From NCBI GenBank assembly GCA_964540205.1, contig CAZIMJ010000011.1, positions 1 to 54,679 of the forward strand: DNA of 54,679 bases, given 5' to 3'. The DNA comes from an uncultured Eubacteriales bacterium. GTDB taxonomy: Bacteria; Acidobacteriota; Aminicenantia; Aminicenantales; Aminicenantaceae. The translations under genes and the position numbers were made by a program. Positions within the stretch are counted from its first letter, which is position 1. The number at the start of each line of letters is the position of its first letter. Positions 30,266-39,809 of this stretch are shown one piece after another. The notes below the pieces were generated by a model. That model was not told where the DNA came from. It made no database searches and saw nothing but the letters and a program-made list of their open reading frames with translations.

Positions 30266-30793
30266 CTATCTCTGGTTCTTGTGCTTGAGTAATTGACAAC
30301 AAATTTCTTCAATATCTTCGGCAAATTTATTGATTCTATTCTCAAGGCCAAGGCTCTCGTCACTTGAACTGCCTAGGTCTTCGACTATTTCATCATAATT
30401 TTCAATTCTATTTTTGATCTCTTCGCTATTGAATGCAACAATGACTGTCCCTTTATCTTCAAGCTTTTTACAAAAATTCATCTGATGATTATCAACATGT
30501 TCACCATGTTCTTTTTGACGTGGCACAACAACCGGTGTCTTCCCTTTATAAAGGGCGAGCATAATGCTACTCGGCCCAGCGTGAGTTATGACCACTCTTG
30601 CATTCTCAATTTTATCCACCATTTCATTGAATTTTAAAAATTTTGCATGTTCACAGAATTTAGGTTCATAGAGTGAATATCCTGTCTGAATAAAAACTTG
30701 TTCAGTTACTATATTTTCTTCCACAAGCCTATCAATTTCTTTGACAAGCCTATCAAAAGGCTGTTCGTGAGTACCAACCGTAACAAAAATCAT
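30266..30793 (-). CDS. pssE: PssE/Cps14G-like glycosyltransferase (GT28 C-terminal half)
   Basis: MIFVTVGTHEQPFDRL, ITHAGP, VPR....GEHVDNHQ; ATGA overlap with pssD. Confidence 0.9.
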   Translation of the reverse strand: MIFVTVGTHEQPFDRLVKEIDRLVEENIVTEQVFIQTGYSLYEPKFCEHAKFLKFNEMVDKIENARVVITHAGPSSIMLALYKGKTPVVVPRQKEHGEHVDNHQMNFCKKLEDKGTVIVAFNSEEIKNRIENYDEIVEDLGSSSDESLGLENRINKFAEDIEEICCQLLKHKNQR

Positions 30794-31239
30794 AGCAATT
30801 GTCCCAAGACTCTCCCTTTCGGATAAAATTTCTTTTGTTCCTGCCACTGGAGCAAAAAAGCATCTGTTATCGGATATACTAATTTCCCCGTCATTGTTGG
30901 TGAATCAATTCTATCGTACACTTCGATATAGACAAGCTTGGCTCCTAGGAGTTTTCCGATATAAAAAAACGGGACGGCCACACCCGCACCGGTCGATACT
31001 ATGATGTCGGGTTTTTCTTTGCGAAGAATTTTCAAGGCAAGAAACGTATTGTGGATTAAGTTTTTAATATTTCTGTTTGTCGGAAAATAGGACCAATAGA
31101 CTTTCTCTTTCGCTAATAGAGATAGAGAATCCTCCTTCTTAAAAGTTACCCAAAATCTTTCAGGCTTCTCCCACCACTTTTTCAAAATAAACAATTGAAA
31201 AAGATGTCCTCCGCTTGATGAAACAAGACACAGTTTCAT
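30790..31239 (-). CDS. pssD: PssD/Cps14F-like (Alg14-type) glycosyltransferase subunit
   Basis: SSSGGHL, FWVTF, PTNRN, STGAGVAVPF, YIEV.DR. Confidence 0.92.
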   Translation of the reverse strand: MKLCLVSSSGGHLFQLFILKKWWEKPERFWVTFKKEDSLSLLAKEKVYWSYFPTNRNIKNLIHNTFLALKILRKEKPDIIVSTGAGVAVPFFYIGKLLGAKLVYIEVYDRIDSPTMTGKLVYPITDAFLLQWQEQKKFYPKGRVLGQLL

Positions 31240-31302
31240 TTCTTTGCCTCTGAATCTTCAGTGCGCATCCATATTAACATGCTTAACCTCTCCCCTAACA
31301 TA

Positions 31303-33486
31303 TTATTTCACATAGCCGAGAGCCCTCAGTTTTTTTTCCAAATCTGGCGGAATATCAATTTTTCTTCGCTCCAAGCCTAATTCACTCTGACCATTTCGAT
31401 GGGAGAAAAGTTGCTGTAATCTCAGATAGTCTGCAAAACCACTGAATTCAAGATTGACTTGTTCTCGTACATCTTTTATATCATATAGCTCTAAAACTGG
31501 GACATATTTTTTGGGTGGTTTTCTGTGAAAATTTTTATTATAGATCAATTTTTTATTCCTATCCAATATCGCATTTATATCATTACCATCTAATGCCTCT
31601 TCAAAATACAAAGTTCTCTGTGGATCTGAATTGTGCAGAAGAGAGATCCCATCAAGTTTATATGGTTCGCGGATCCTTAGTATGTCCAGGATTGTCGGAT
31701 AAATATCAATATGCTGTGCCCGCTCAAAGTGTATTCCGTTTTTAATTTGTCTTGTTTTTATGCTGAGCGGAATCTTAACCTGCTCATTATATAATGTCAT
31801 TCCATGGACAATGCCTTCATGGTCGAAAAATTCTTCACCATGATCTCCAGTAAAAATAATGACAGCGTCATCATATATATCAATTTCCTTCATTTTATCA
31901 ATTAATCTCCCAAAGGAGAGATCATTAAAATATATTTCTTGATCATAACGTGTTTTTATGTATTCAATTTGAGATGCTGTTGGCTGAATTTTTTTTCTTT
32001 CAATATTGGATAATAATTCAATATCATAGGTATCGATCGGTTCATATTGATGGATATTAAACATATCCTTCACACTTTCTTTAGGGTTATAGGGATCGTG
32101 GGGGTCCATATTCCAAATTATCATAAACAAAGGCTTTCGTTCTTTTTGTCCCAGATACGTTTTTAAGAATTCGAATACGTTTGTGTTAATCTCATCCGAT
32201 CGAACAGTTCGGGCGGGGTACTTACCTAACAACTCTATGAACTCATCAAATCCTTGAGCAAACCCGAATACATGACTAAGATTTCCATTACTTATCCACG
32301 CAACATTATAATATCCGTTATCTTTAAGTGTTTCTGCAAGTGAAACGATCTCATCTGGTAGTCTATCTTCCCGTTTCATTGTTTTGTGATTTTTCGGGAA
32401 TAATCCAGTTAGGATCGACGCGCAGCTGGGTTTTGTCCACGAATCATTTGCATACGCATTGATGAAAAGGGAATTTTCCTTAGCAAACTTGTCAATATTC
32501 GGCGATGTGCTCCTTCCGTAACCATAACAGCTCAGATGATCTGCTCTGAGCGCATCAATCACATACAACAGAATGTCTGGTTTTGTTAATTCCTGATTAA
32601 CCTGATGTCTTGGTTGAATCACATCATTTTCTTTATACATGTTTAGTGATATCTGCGACCAGGTTGTAAAACTGTCAGAACATCCATTTGTTACAAATCG
32701 AAGTTTATAGAGCCCTTCTTCCTTAACATGAAGTGTTTTTTTTAATTTCTTGCCTTTTGGTGAAAGCTTAATGATGCGTCTTTTTTTCTTCTGGTTGGTT
32801 AATTCTATTAATGATGTGGCGCTTTTAGCGTTTTCATATTGAATATCAAGTTCAAATCTCTCTGGTAGCTCATAAAAGTAACTAAACGCTGAATTCGCAT
32901 GCTGGATCAACCCTTTATCATCAAAATACTTAAGATTATTTCTAAAACGTATTTTCCGAAAAGCAACGGATAAATTTCTTCTGTCCGTAGAATTTTCATG
33001 GATATCCCTGGCTTCTAAACAATATGAAAACTGAAATTGTAATATATTTTGCCCCAATTTTAATAACGAAGCAGGTAATGTGAAGTTGAATGTTTGAAAT
33101 CTTTGCGGTTCAACAATGAATGAGTCGATTTTTTTCTCATTCAAATGGATAAATACGTTTTGGTTGCTTTTGTTTTTGGAGGGGATTGCACGGCATGTGA
33201 TTTCAACATCTATATCATTCATTTCATTGTATTTGTAAAACAAGATACTGCTTTTTTCTGCGGAAGCCCATGTATATTCTTTTTCAGGATAACTCCACCC
33301 TTGCAATAGAAACCTATTAGGATTTGCTTCTTTTCGAAAATCAATAGCTTCGGTATCTTCCTGGATTTGTGCACGGATATTCTGCAAGATATCATGGCTG
33401 AAATTAAAAGCTTCTTTTTTTTCCAAGGTGCATGCGAATAATGTTAGTAGAATTAGAATGGTTATTAAATGGAACCGCATTCTCAT
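31303..33486 (-). CDS. Sulfatase-like (alkaline phosphatase superfamily) lipoprotein
   Basis: Lipobox LFAC (Cys19); IDALRADHL, SWTKPS, DPHDPY, GDHGEEF; C-terminal LRALGY. Confidence 0.85.
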   Translation of the reverse strand: MRMRFHLITILILLTLFACTLEKKEAFNFSHDILQNIRAQIQEDTEAIDFRKEANPNRFLLQGWSYPEKEYTWASAEKSSILFYKYNEMNDIDVEITCRAIPSKNKSNQNVFIHLNEKKIDSFIVEPQRFQTFNFTLPASLLKLGQNILQFQFSYCLEARDIHENSTDRRNLSVAFRKIRFRNNLKYFDDKGLIQHANSAFSYFYELPERFELDIQYENAKSATSLIELTNQKKKRRIIKLSPKGKKLKKTLHVKEEGLYKLRFVTNGCSDSFTTWSQISLNMYKENDVIQPRHQVNQELTKPDILLYVIDALRADHLSCYGYGRSTSPNIDKFAKENSLFINAYANDSWTKPSCASILTGLFPKNHKTMKREDRLPDEIVSLAETLKDNGYYNVAWISNGNLSHVFGFAQGFDEFIELLGKYPARTVRSDEINTNVFEFLKTYLGQKERKPLFMIIWNMDPHDPYNPKESVKDMFNIHQYEPIDTYDIELLSNIERKKIQPTASQIEYIKTRYDQEIYFNDLSFGRLIDKMKEIDIYDDAVIIFTGDHGEEFFDHEGIVHGMTLYNEQVKIPLSIKTRQIKNGIHFERAQHIDIYPTILDILRIREPYKLDGISLLHNSDPQRTLYFEEALDGNDINAILDRNKKLIYNKNFHRKPPKKYVPVLELYDIKDVREQVNLEFSGFADYLRLQQLFSHRNGQSELGLERRKIDIPPDLEKKLRALGYVK

Positions 33487-33775
33487 CGTTTTATTTCTTA
33501 TTCCAGTTCATCCTCATTCAAATTCTCGATCAGGTATATTCTAATAAAGCACCTGTAAAGATACAACAATTTTAAGTGCTTTGAATTCTCCCAGTTGAAC
33601 GGTTATGATAATCACTATGATTTGTTTCTCTAACTCCTAAGCAAAATAATTGAATTTTTTATTGACATAACGCATAAATTTTGATGAAGTGTATAGAGCC
33701 CAGAATGAGGATGGCTGTTTACATCGCAAGATTTAACTCTTGCGTCATAAATGAATACTTTTTTTTAAATAAATG

Positions 33776-33782
33776 AAGGAGG
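33776..33782 (+). promoter_or_regulatory. Consensus Shine-Dalgarno AAGGAGG for the secreted protein gene
   Basis: AAGGAGG, 5 nt, then ATG at 33788; a small hairpin CGCAAGA-N6-TCTTGCG lies upstream at 33725-33744. Confidence 0.7.
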
Positions 33783-33787
33783 AAAAA

Positions 33788-34579
33788 ATGAGAAAAGCCA
33801 AAACATTGTTTGTTGTGGTGTTATTTATGTGCTTAACATCATTATCTCTGTTCGCCCAGTATGATAACTCTCCCGCTACCTTTAAGGTTATACCTTCGGT
33901 CATCTGGGCACCTGCGTCGGGAGGCGGCACCTGGTATACAGAACTTCAGATATGGTCAAGAACATCAGGTACTTCAGTCAATGTTTATTTCATGTATGGA
34001 GGAGGAGTATGGAGGTATCACCCAGGCTTCTGGACAAGTGTTGGGGCAGATGATTGTTACAAAAGCACAAATATTTTAGGTTCCCTTTATGGTCTTGATT
34101 CAGGCTTCACTTATTATGGAAAATCTGGCACACTGTTGATATACTCCTACGGGGGTTCGGTTCAAGCCACGGCGAGAACACGCCACACTGGGAACTATGC
34201 AAAAACAATAAACGGGTTGAGTAATACGGATTCAAATACGGCTGCATCAGGAAGATATCTGATGATGATGAATGTGCTGCAATCCTCTAGCTACAGAACT
34301 TCTCTTACCTTATATAATCATGGTTCGGCTTGTGATGTTTATATTCAAGTAGTACATAATGGCTACGTTGCCGGTTCAACAATCACTAAATCTATGGTAC
34401 CGTATGATTATCAGGCGTTTGATGTCTTTGCTGCTGCTGGCCTATCAGGTACGTACACCAATACCTTCATAATAGTATGGGCCTCGACCACGGGGGGGCG
34501 GATTTTCTGTGGTGCCGCTTCAGCGCATAACACTACTAATGATCCTGCTTATCACGTTGCTCAGGGATGGACCTATTAG
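33788..34579 (+). CDS. Secreted protein consisting of a single ~245-aa unnamed beta-rich domain
   Basis: Sec signal peptide (MRKAK, hydrophobic core, SLFA/Q); mature part aligns end to end with the two C-terminal repeats of the neighbouring C25 protease. Confidence 0.85.
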   Translation: MRKAKTLFVVVLFMCLTSLSLFAQYDNSPATFKVIPSVIWAPASGGGTWYTELQIWSRTSGTSVNVYFMYGGGVWRYHPGFWTSVGADDCYKSTNILGSLYGLDSGFTYYGKSGTLLIYSYGGSVQATARTRHTGNYAKTINGLSNTDSNTAASGRYLMMMNVLQSSSYRTSLTLYNHGSACDVYIQVVHNGYVAGSTITKSMVPYDYQAFDVFAAAGLSGTYTNTFIIVWASTTGGRIFCGAASAHNTTNDPAYHVAQGWTY

Positions 34580-34678
34580 CAGAACTCAAGAGAATATCTT
34601 TAGGATAATCCTTTCCTACTACTGATTTCGAGAGGGTAATTACCGATACAGAAGGAAGAAGTTTTTTCACTTATTCCA

Positions 34679-37600
34679 TTATTCCGGTTTCACAGCTTGA
34701 TGTGCAGCAGGGTCATTGGTGTTATTATTAGCGGTCGCTCCGGAACACACAAGTCTTCCAGAGCCAAAAAGTGGACGGACTCGCAGATAAACATTATCGT
34801 ATGAATTAGCCGGATACGGAACTCCAGCCTCATCAAATGGATTAAAGGATTGATAATCGAATCCTATAAATATTTGTGTGAAGGGGGAACCGAGCACACT
34901 AGCGGATCCGTTATACAGAGCAAACTCAACTGTCACTTCATTAGATGTCGGATTAAAAAAACCTGACCCTGTCCTGTAAGTACTGTTGTTAGCGATATTT
35001 TGGATGTACATATTACTTTCTGTACCTGCCATGTTGGATTCTACATAGGCATTCACTGCTTGCACAGTCTTCGAATAGTTGCCGTTCATGGTCCGGGCGG
35101 CCACATGGATCTTATGAGTTGCATCCTGTGTTATAAAGTCGAGTGTTCCGGCTTTCCCATAGTAAGTAAAGGATCCACTGTCAAGGCTATCTATAGCTGA
35201 GAGAATGTTGGGAAATTTTATGCTCCGGTTGACTCCAGGGCTGGTCCATAAAATAAATGGCCCTCGTCGATTCCCGCTCCCATAATTAAAATAGACGGAA
35301 ACTTGTGAACCTCCTGATAAATCTACGATCTGAACTTCCGTCACCCAAGTCCCTCCCCCTGAAGCCGGCGCCCATAAGGCTCCAGGCAGGATCTGATAAT
35401 CGCAAGGAGAATTTTCATACGCGTCCGCTACGCTAACTGCCAGATGCGCAGCCGGATCATTGGTGTTGTTATTGGCGGTCGCTCCATAACACATGAGTCT
35501 TCCAGAGCCTGAAAGTGGATGGACTCGCAGAAAGACATTATCGTATGAGGAAGTCGGATATGGAACTCCCGCCTCATTAAATGGATTAAAAGTTTGATAA
35601 TCGTACCCTAAAAATGCTTTTGTGAATGCGGAGCCGAGCGTACTTCCGGTACTCTCGACCAATCGCAACTCTACTGTCACACCATCGGATGTAGGATTAA
35701 AAAATCCGGCCGCCGGCCGGTAGACGCTGTTGCTAGTGAGATCCTGGATCAGCATTTCACGCGTAACATCCGCCGTATTGGACTCCACATCATTCAATCC
35801 GGAATAAGTCTTGGAGTAGTTCCCGTTAAAAGTCCTAGCGGCGACAAGGATCTTATGGCCTGTATCCTGGGTAATGAACTCGAGCGCCCCTACACGCCCA
35901 TAATAATCGAATGATCCACTGTCCAGATTGTCTATGGACTCGAGAATGTTATCGAACTTGATACTCCGGTTAATCCCAGGGCTGGTCCACAGGACAATGG
36001 GTCCCCTCCGGTTGCCTCCACCGTAGTTAAAATAGACAGAGACCTGTGAACCTCCTGTGGCATCCGTGATTTGTACGTTCGTGATCCAGGTCCCCCCGCC
36101 AGTCGCCGGCGCCCATATAACCCCAGGGAGTACCTGATAATTATTGGACGAATAATACCCTTGAGTTGATTGGGTTACAAACTGCCAGTCTGGTCCTGAT
36201 GTATCCCCACAGGCATTTTTTGCTATGATCTTCCAACAATAGGTGGTGTCATAGTTGAGTTGAGGAAGATCATACTCACTCTCTGTGACGTTGTCATAAT
36301 ATGCAGGAGGATAGCTTGTTCCGAAATACACATCATAAGAAGCAGCCCCGCTACTGTCGGCCCAATCCAGGTTCCTATTGATGGGAACGCTTATGGCTCC
36401 ATTCATGGGAGAGGAATCGGAAGGGATTGAAGGAGCGACACAGGTGGAAATGGTTACAGTCAATCCGTCAGACCAACCAGACGTGACAGCGGGAGTTACA
36501 GCACATCTGGCCTGGGCTTTCACACTGTAAGTTCCCAGAGAAGACCAGGAGTGCAAGGCCGAAGTGGAACTCGACCACACAGAGAAGTTGCCGTCGTCCC
36601 AATCAAAACGATATTCAATCCCATGTCCTTGCGAACACGAAGATCCCCCAGTCGTATAAATATAAGAAACACTGACCTCGCCCTGAGTGATCCCTGAAGG
36701 TATGCCGGGCACAGAGACAGTGTGGGCACTCAAATGCTCAGACAATGACATGGCCGGATCACCATAGAGGTTAAAATCAAACAAGTTCATCCAATGGGCG
36801 CCGCCCCACCAAGTGTATTGGTTTGTTCCCATGTCATTTTTCACATCATAAAGGGCTACGGCCGCTTTTTTATCGTTACTCACCAATTCATTTCCATAAT
36901 AATAGCCGATGCTGGCGTTATCGCAGTAATATTTAAGTCCCGGAAACCATAAAGTCACAGCATACCAGCTCACTCGGCTCGCACTGACCGTGGTAATAGC
37001 ACCGTTATACAGCAAAGCGGTTCCTAGATTGTTGGAAACTTCCGGATAACCGTTTAAGCATGAGCATTGATAGACAAAAGACGGGTAACTGTCATTCAAT
37101 GAACTCGAACCTGATGAATTCATGATGGTGCCCCACCCGCAACCGGAATAACCCAGATAGGCCCCTGTTTCGCTGCCATGTCCCCACCACCAAACCATCC
37201 CGTATGGATTGCTCATCCACCTCGAGAGCGTGGCTCCATCGACTAACTCTTGATTGGAAGAAAATGAGGAATTCGCTGCTGAACAGAGACTGCCCTGCTG
37301 GTAAAGGGTCCAAGGAGAATATCCCTGGGAAATCAGATAGCCGGATTTCATGTATTCTGCCAAATAGGCTCCATCGGTCGTAGGATCTGAAAAACTCATC
37401 GGAAGTAGAGCATTCTCTCTCCATGTTATCCCACTGCTATCGGCATTCCCGTAGCCTATAGTCTTTGTTAAGACTGAATCAAGGCTTGTTACTCCGGAAT
37501 AGACCGGAATTCTACCGACATAGACCTCATTAGCGAAATCAACCCCGCCTACCCCTCCGTCGTCCGGATACTCGCCGAAGTATGCGTCTCCGTCCTTATT

Positions 37601-38605
37601 CCAGTTACCGGTAAGGTCCGCGTAAAAATAATCTGTAGGCGATTCTCGATAACTGGATTCACTTCGCCGCGGCCAACACATCTTCATCGGGATGTTGCCA
37701 GAAGGATTGGGATTTCCCATCAGCAGCACAAACTGGATGGAATAGCCGATATAGTTATTGATCAGCCATTGTCTTATTTTTTCTGCAGTTCCGTTTGGTG
37801 CTTGTCCTGTAAGCGAACCATAATCATTTTCCGTAATGACTAAGGGCGAAAAACCTTTGCCAGTAAGATAATTCTGAAAATCGGTGAGTTTCGTGCTGGA
37901 GGCGACTATCGAATTGGTCGTGATAATCACATAATCATACACTTGTGAAGGACCATATTCCAGGTCAGTTGGGTTATACCATTTTTCCGACTCGGAATAA
38001 TTCATCAGTATCTTTTTCGCTCTTTCATCCATAACTTGGTCGGATAATACTAGATCAGGAAGGCCGGGGATGCTGGGTTGGCTGTATTGTATTTGAATTG
38101 TAACTTCGGAGAAATATCTTAGATCGCCTGTTATCGGATTATATTGAAAGGGTGTGTATTTGATGGCAACGATCTTCCACTTCCTCATCTGTGATACACC
38201 GATAAACTCCAAGTTATTTTCCGGAAGATAAGCGTTCTCATTGTAGACATTAACTCTCTTTTCAATTGTCTGCTCTCCGTCTGCCCAGGTAGCCAGAGGA
38301 GGAAGCGCCTCGATCTGATAACGACCAAGGGAGGCCGTCTTGCCGTCTATCATTTTGACCTGGATGGTGTTGAGGTTCACCCCAGGAGGTACAGCAATGC
38401 GATAGACTTTTGCTGGAAGATCTGGAAAACCGGGCACTCCGTAGGAAAAAAAACCATCAATCGAAATCTTGTGAAATCCGGTTGCTTTTTCCTTAATCTG
38501 ATATTTTGGTGTTATTAACTTGTAGGTCTGTTCCCCAAACAAAAAGGATCCACCAAAAAAAAAGACCGCCATCAATATGCCTGAGAATATCTTTTTAGTA
38601 TTCAT
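34679..38605 (-). CDS. Secreted peptidase C25 (gingipain-like) with propeptide, PKD-like and FN3-like domains and two C-terminal ~246-aa repeats
   Basis: Signal peptide; G.PDLP propeptide; YVIIT, TDYFYADL, VGRIPV, catalytic GHG and SCLNG, NLYGDP; start taken at ATG 38605. Confidence 0.88.
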   Translation of the reverse strand: MNTKKIFSGILMAVFFFGGSFLFGEQTYKLITPKYQIKEKATGFHKISIDGFFSYGVPGFPDLPAKVYRIAVPPGVNLNTIQVKMIDGKTASLGRYQIEALPPLATWADGEQTIEKRVNVYNENAYLPENNLEFIGVSQMRKWKIVAIKYTPFQYNPITGDLRYFSEVTIQIQYSQPSIPGLPDLVLSDQVMDERAKKILMNYSESEKWYNPTDLEYGPSQVYDYVIITTNSIVASSTKLTDFQNYLTGKGFSPLVITENDYGSLTGQAPNGTAEKIRQWLINNYIGYSIQFVLLMGNPNPSGNIPMKMCWPRRSESSYRESPTDYFYADLTGNWNKDGDAYFGEYPDDGGVGGVDFANEVYVGRIPVYSGVTSLDSVLTKTIGYGNADSSGITWRENALLPMSFSDPTTDGAYLAEYMKSGYLISQGYSPWTLYQQGSLCSAANSSFSSNQELVDGATLSRWMSNPYGMVWWWGHGSETGAYLGYSGCGWGTIMNSSGSSSLNDSYPSFVYQCSCLNGYPEVSNNLGTALLYNGAITTVSASRVSWYAVTLWFPGLKYYCDNASIGYYYGNELVSNDKKAAVALYDVKNDMGTNQYTWWGGAHWMNLFDFNLYGDPAMSLSEHLSAHTVSVPGIPSGITQGEVSVSYIYTTGGSSCSQGHGIEYRFDWDDGNFSVWSSSTSALHSWSSLGTYSVKAQARCAVTPAVTSGWSDGLTVTISTCVAPSIPSDSSPMNGAISVPINRNLDWADSSGAASYDVYFGTSYPPAYYDNVTESEYDLPQLNYDTTYCWKIIAKNACGDTSGPDWQFVTQSTQGYYSSNNYQVLPGVIWAPATGGGTWITNVQITDATGGSQVSVYFNYGGGNRRGPIVLWTSPGINRSIKFDNILESIDNLDSGSFDYYGRVGALEFITQDTGHKILVAARTFNGNYSKTYSGLNDVESNTADVTREMLIQDLTSNSVYRPAAGFFNPTSDGVTVELRLVESTGSTLGSAFTKAFLGYDYQTFNPFNEAGVPYPTSSYDNVFLRVHPLSGSGRLMCYGATANNNTNDPAAHLAVSVADAYENSPCDYQILPGALWAPASGGGTWVTEVQIVDLSGGSQVSVYFNYGSGNRRGPFILWTSPGVNRSIKFPNILSAIDSLDSGSFTYYGKAGTLDFITQDATHKIHVAARTMNGNYSKTVQAVNAYVESNMAGTESNMYIQNIANNSTYRTGSGFFNPTSNEVTVEFALYNGSASVLGSPFTQIFIGFDYQSFNPFDEAGVPYPANSYDNVYLRVRPLFGSGRLVCSGATANNNTNDPAAHQAVKPE
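34682..36157 (-). repeat. Diverged intragenic tandem repeat, 2 x 738 bp (about 35420-36157 and 34682-35419)
   Basis: Both units run from YQ.LPG..WAPA.GGGTW.T.VQI to ATANNNTNDPAAH, spaced 246 codons apart. Confidence 0.9.
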
Positions 38606-38821
38606 TTTTTCTCGCAAAGTGTTAGAAATAAAATTCACAATATCGCATTTTTTTCTTGTGAGACATCCCCACTCTAAGATTCCTAGGCTTAATTATAATA
38701 GAAGAAACGCGGATGTAAATAACCTTAAGGGGTGATTCCTGGGGTGAATTTGGTGTCTATAAAAAATAATCTGGGCGGAATCTCCGACCAAAATTTTAAA
38801 ATCTTTCCGGAAGTTAGACTT

Positions 38822-39808
38822 TCATTGTTGTTTAAACTTCCGGAAAAACAACGACTTGAGAGGGCACAAAGTACACAACCACCCAACAAGCGGAAGCCAT
38901 TTCCAGAATATCGGTCCGATCCTCAGGGCTTTTTTGAAATATGTTCTGGCTTCCTTCCATAATCCTCGCGATAAGCACATCCTGGCCTCGAATAGGTAAG
39001 AATAAGTGATACGTATGCGCTCTTTTCTTCGAATTCTCTCACTTGAAAAGTGATAGGTCTCCTTCAGATGGGCAGGGACGGTCTGAACAAATTGCTTGGC
39101 TGCATCTGAGGCTGCACGGGCAAAATTCTCATGAAGTTCCGCAGTGCTCTGAGCCTCATGCCGCCGCCAATATCCCACAAGACTATCGACATAACAAAAC
39201 TCTCCCTCAAGAGCCATTCGCAAAAACGTGGGATAATCAACATAATAACGGGACGAACTGAATCCGCCAATTGAAGCCAAGTTTTCCCTTCTCATAAGAA
39301 CCGACACTGCAGGAATAACATTCCGATAGAATAACCGAGTAAGAATCCGGCCCGGTGGACGGTTGAAAGCTACGTCGACTCGAGGCTTTTTTCTTGGCCT
39401 AAAACCAAGAATATTGCCTTCTTCGTCGGTAAAGGCTGTTTTTCCCCAACTCAAAACGTTGTTTTTATTTTCAAAACAAGTAACCTGTTTTTCTAGTTTA
39501 TCATTAGGCCAGAAATCGTCCCCCTCTAGTATTGCAATAACCTCACCCTTGGCATGCTCTAATGCCTGATTATATGAATCCGCTAAGGCCTGCAATCCCC
39601 AGGTTTTTTCATGGAAGATGATCCTCAACCGGCTCTCTAATCGAGCGAAATGGTGAAGGATCTGAACTGTTTGATCTTGCGATCCGTCATCAATGATGAT
39701 CTGTTCCCACTGTGGGTAGGATTGTTTCAGTACGGATTCAAGACAATATCGGATATATTTATCTTGATTATACGTCAGCGTTATGATTGATACGAGAGGT
39801 TTATTCAT
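38822..39808 (-). CDS. Glycosyltransferase family 2
   Basis: PLVSII..TYN, IIDDGS.D, LEGDDFW..DKL..Q. Confidence 0.93.
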   Translation of the reverse strand: MNKPLVSIITLTYNQDKYIRYCLESVLKQSYPQWEQIIIDDGSQDQTVQILHHFARLESRLRIIFHEKTWGLQALADSYNQALEHAKGEVIAILEGDDFWPNDKLEKQVTCFENKNNVLSWGKTAFTDEEGNILGFRPRKKPRVDVAFNRPPGRILTRLFYRNVIPAVSVLMRRENLASIGGFSSSRYYVDYPTFLRMALEGEFCYVDSLVGYWRRHEAQSTAELHENFARAASDAAKQFVQTVPAHLKETYHFSSERIRRKERIRITYSYLFEARMCLSRGLWKEARTYFKKALRIGPIFWKWLPLVGWLCTLCPLKSLFFRKFKQQ

Positions 39809-39809
39809 C

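Noticed and set aside
38446-38563. A8/A9 homopolymers near the 5' end of the C25 gene as phase-variation tracts
   Set aside because: Runs of this length are common throughout this AT-rich region and the frame is intact.
38804-38846. Inverted repeat TTTCCGGAAGTT...AACTTCCGGAAA at the end of the GT2 gene
   Set aside because: Core is a self-palindrome, one arm is coding and the loop is long; cannot be distinguished from chance or a weak terminator.
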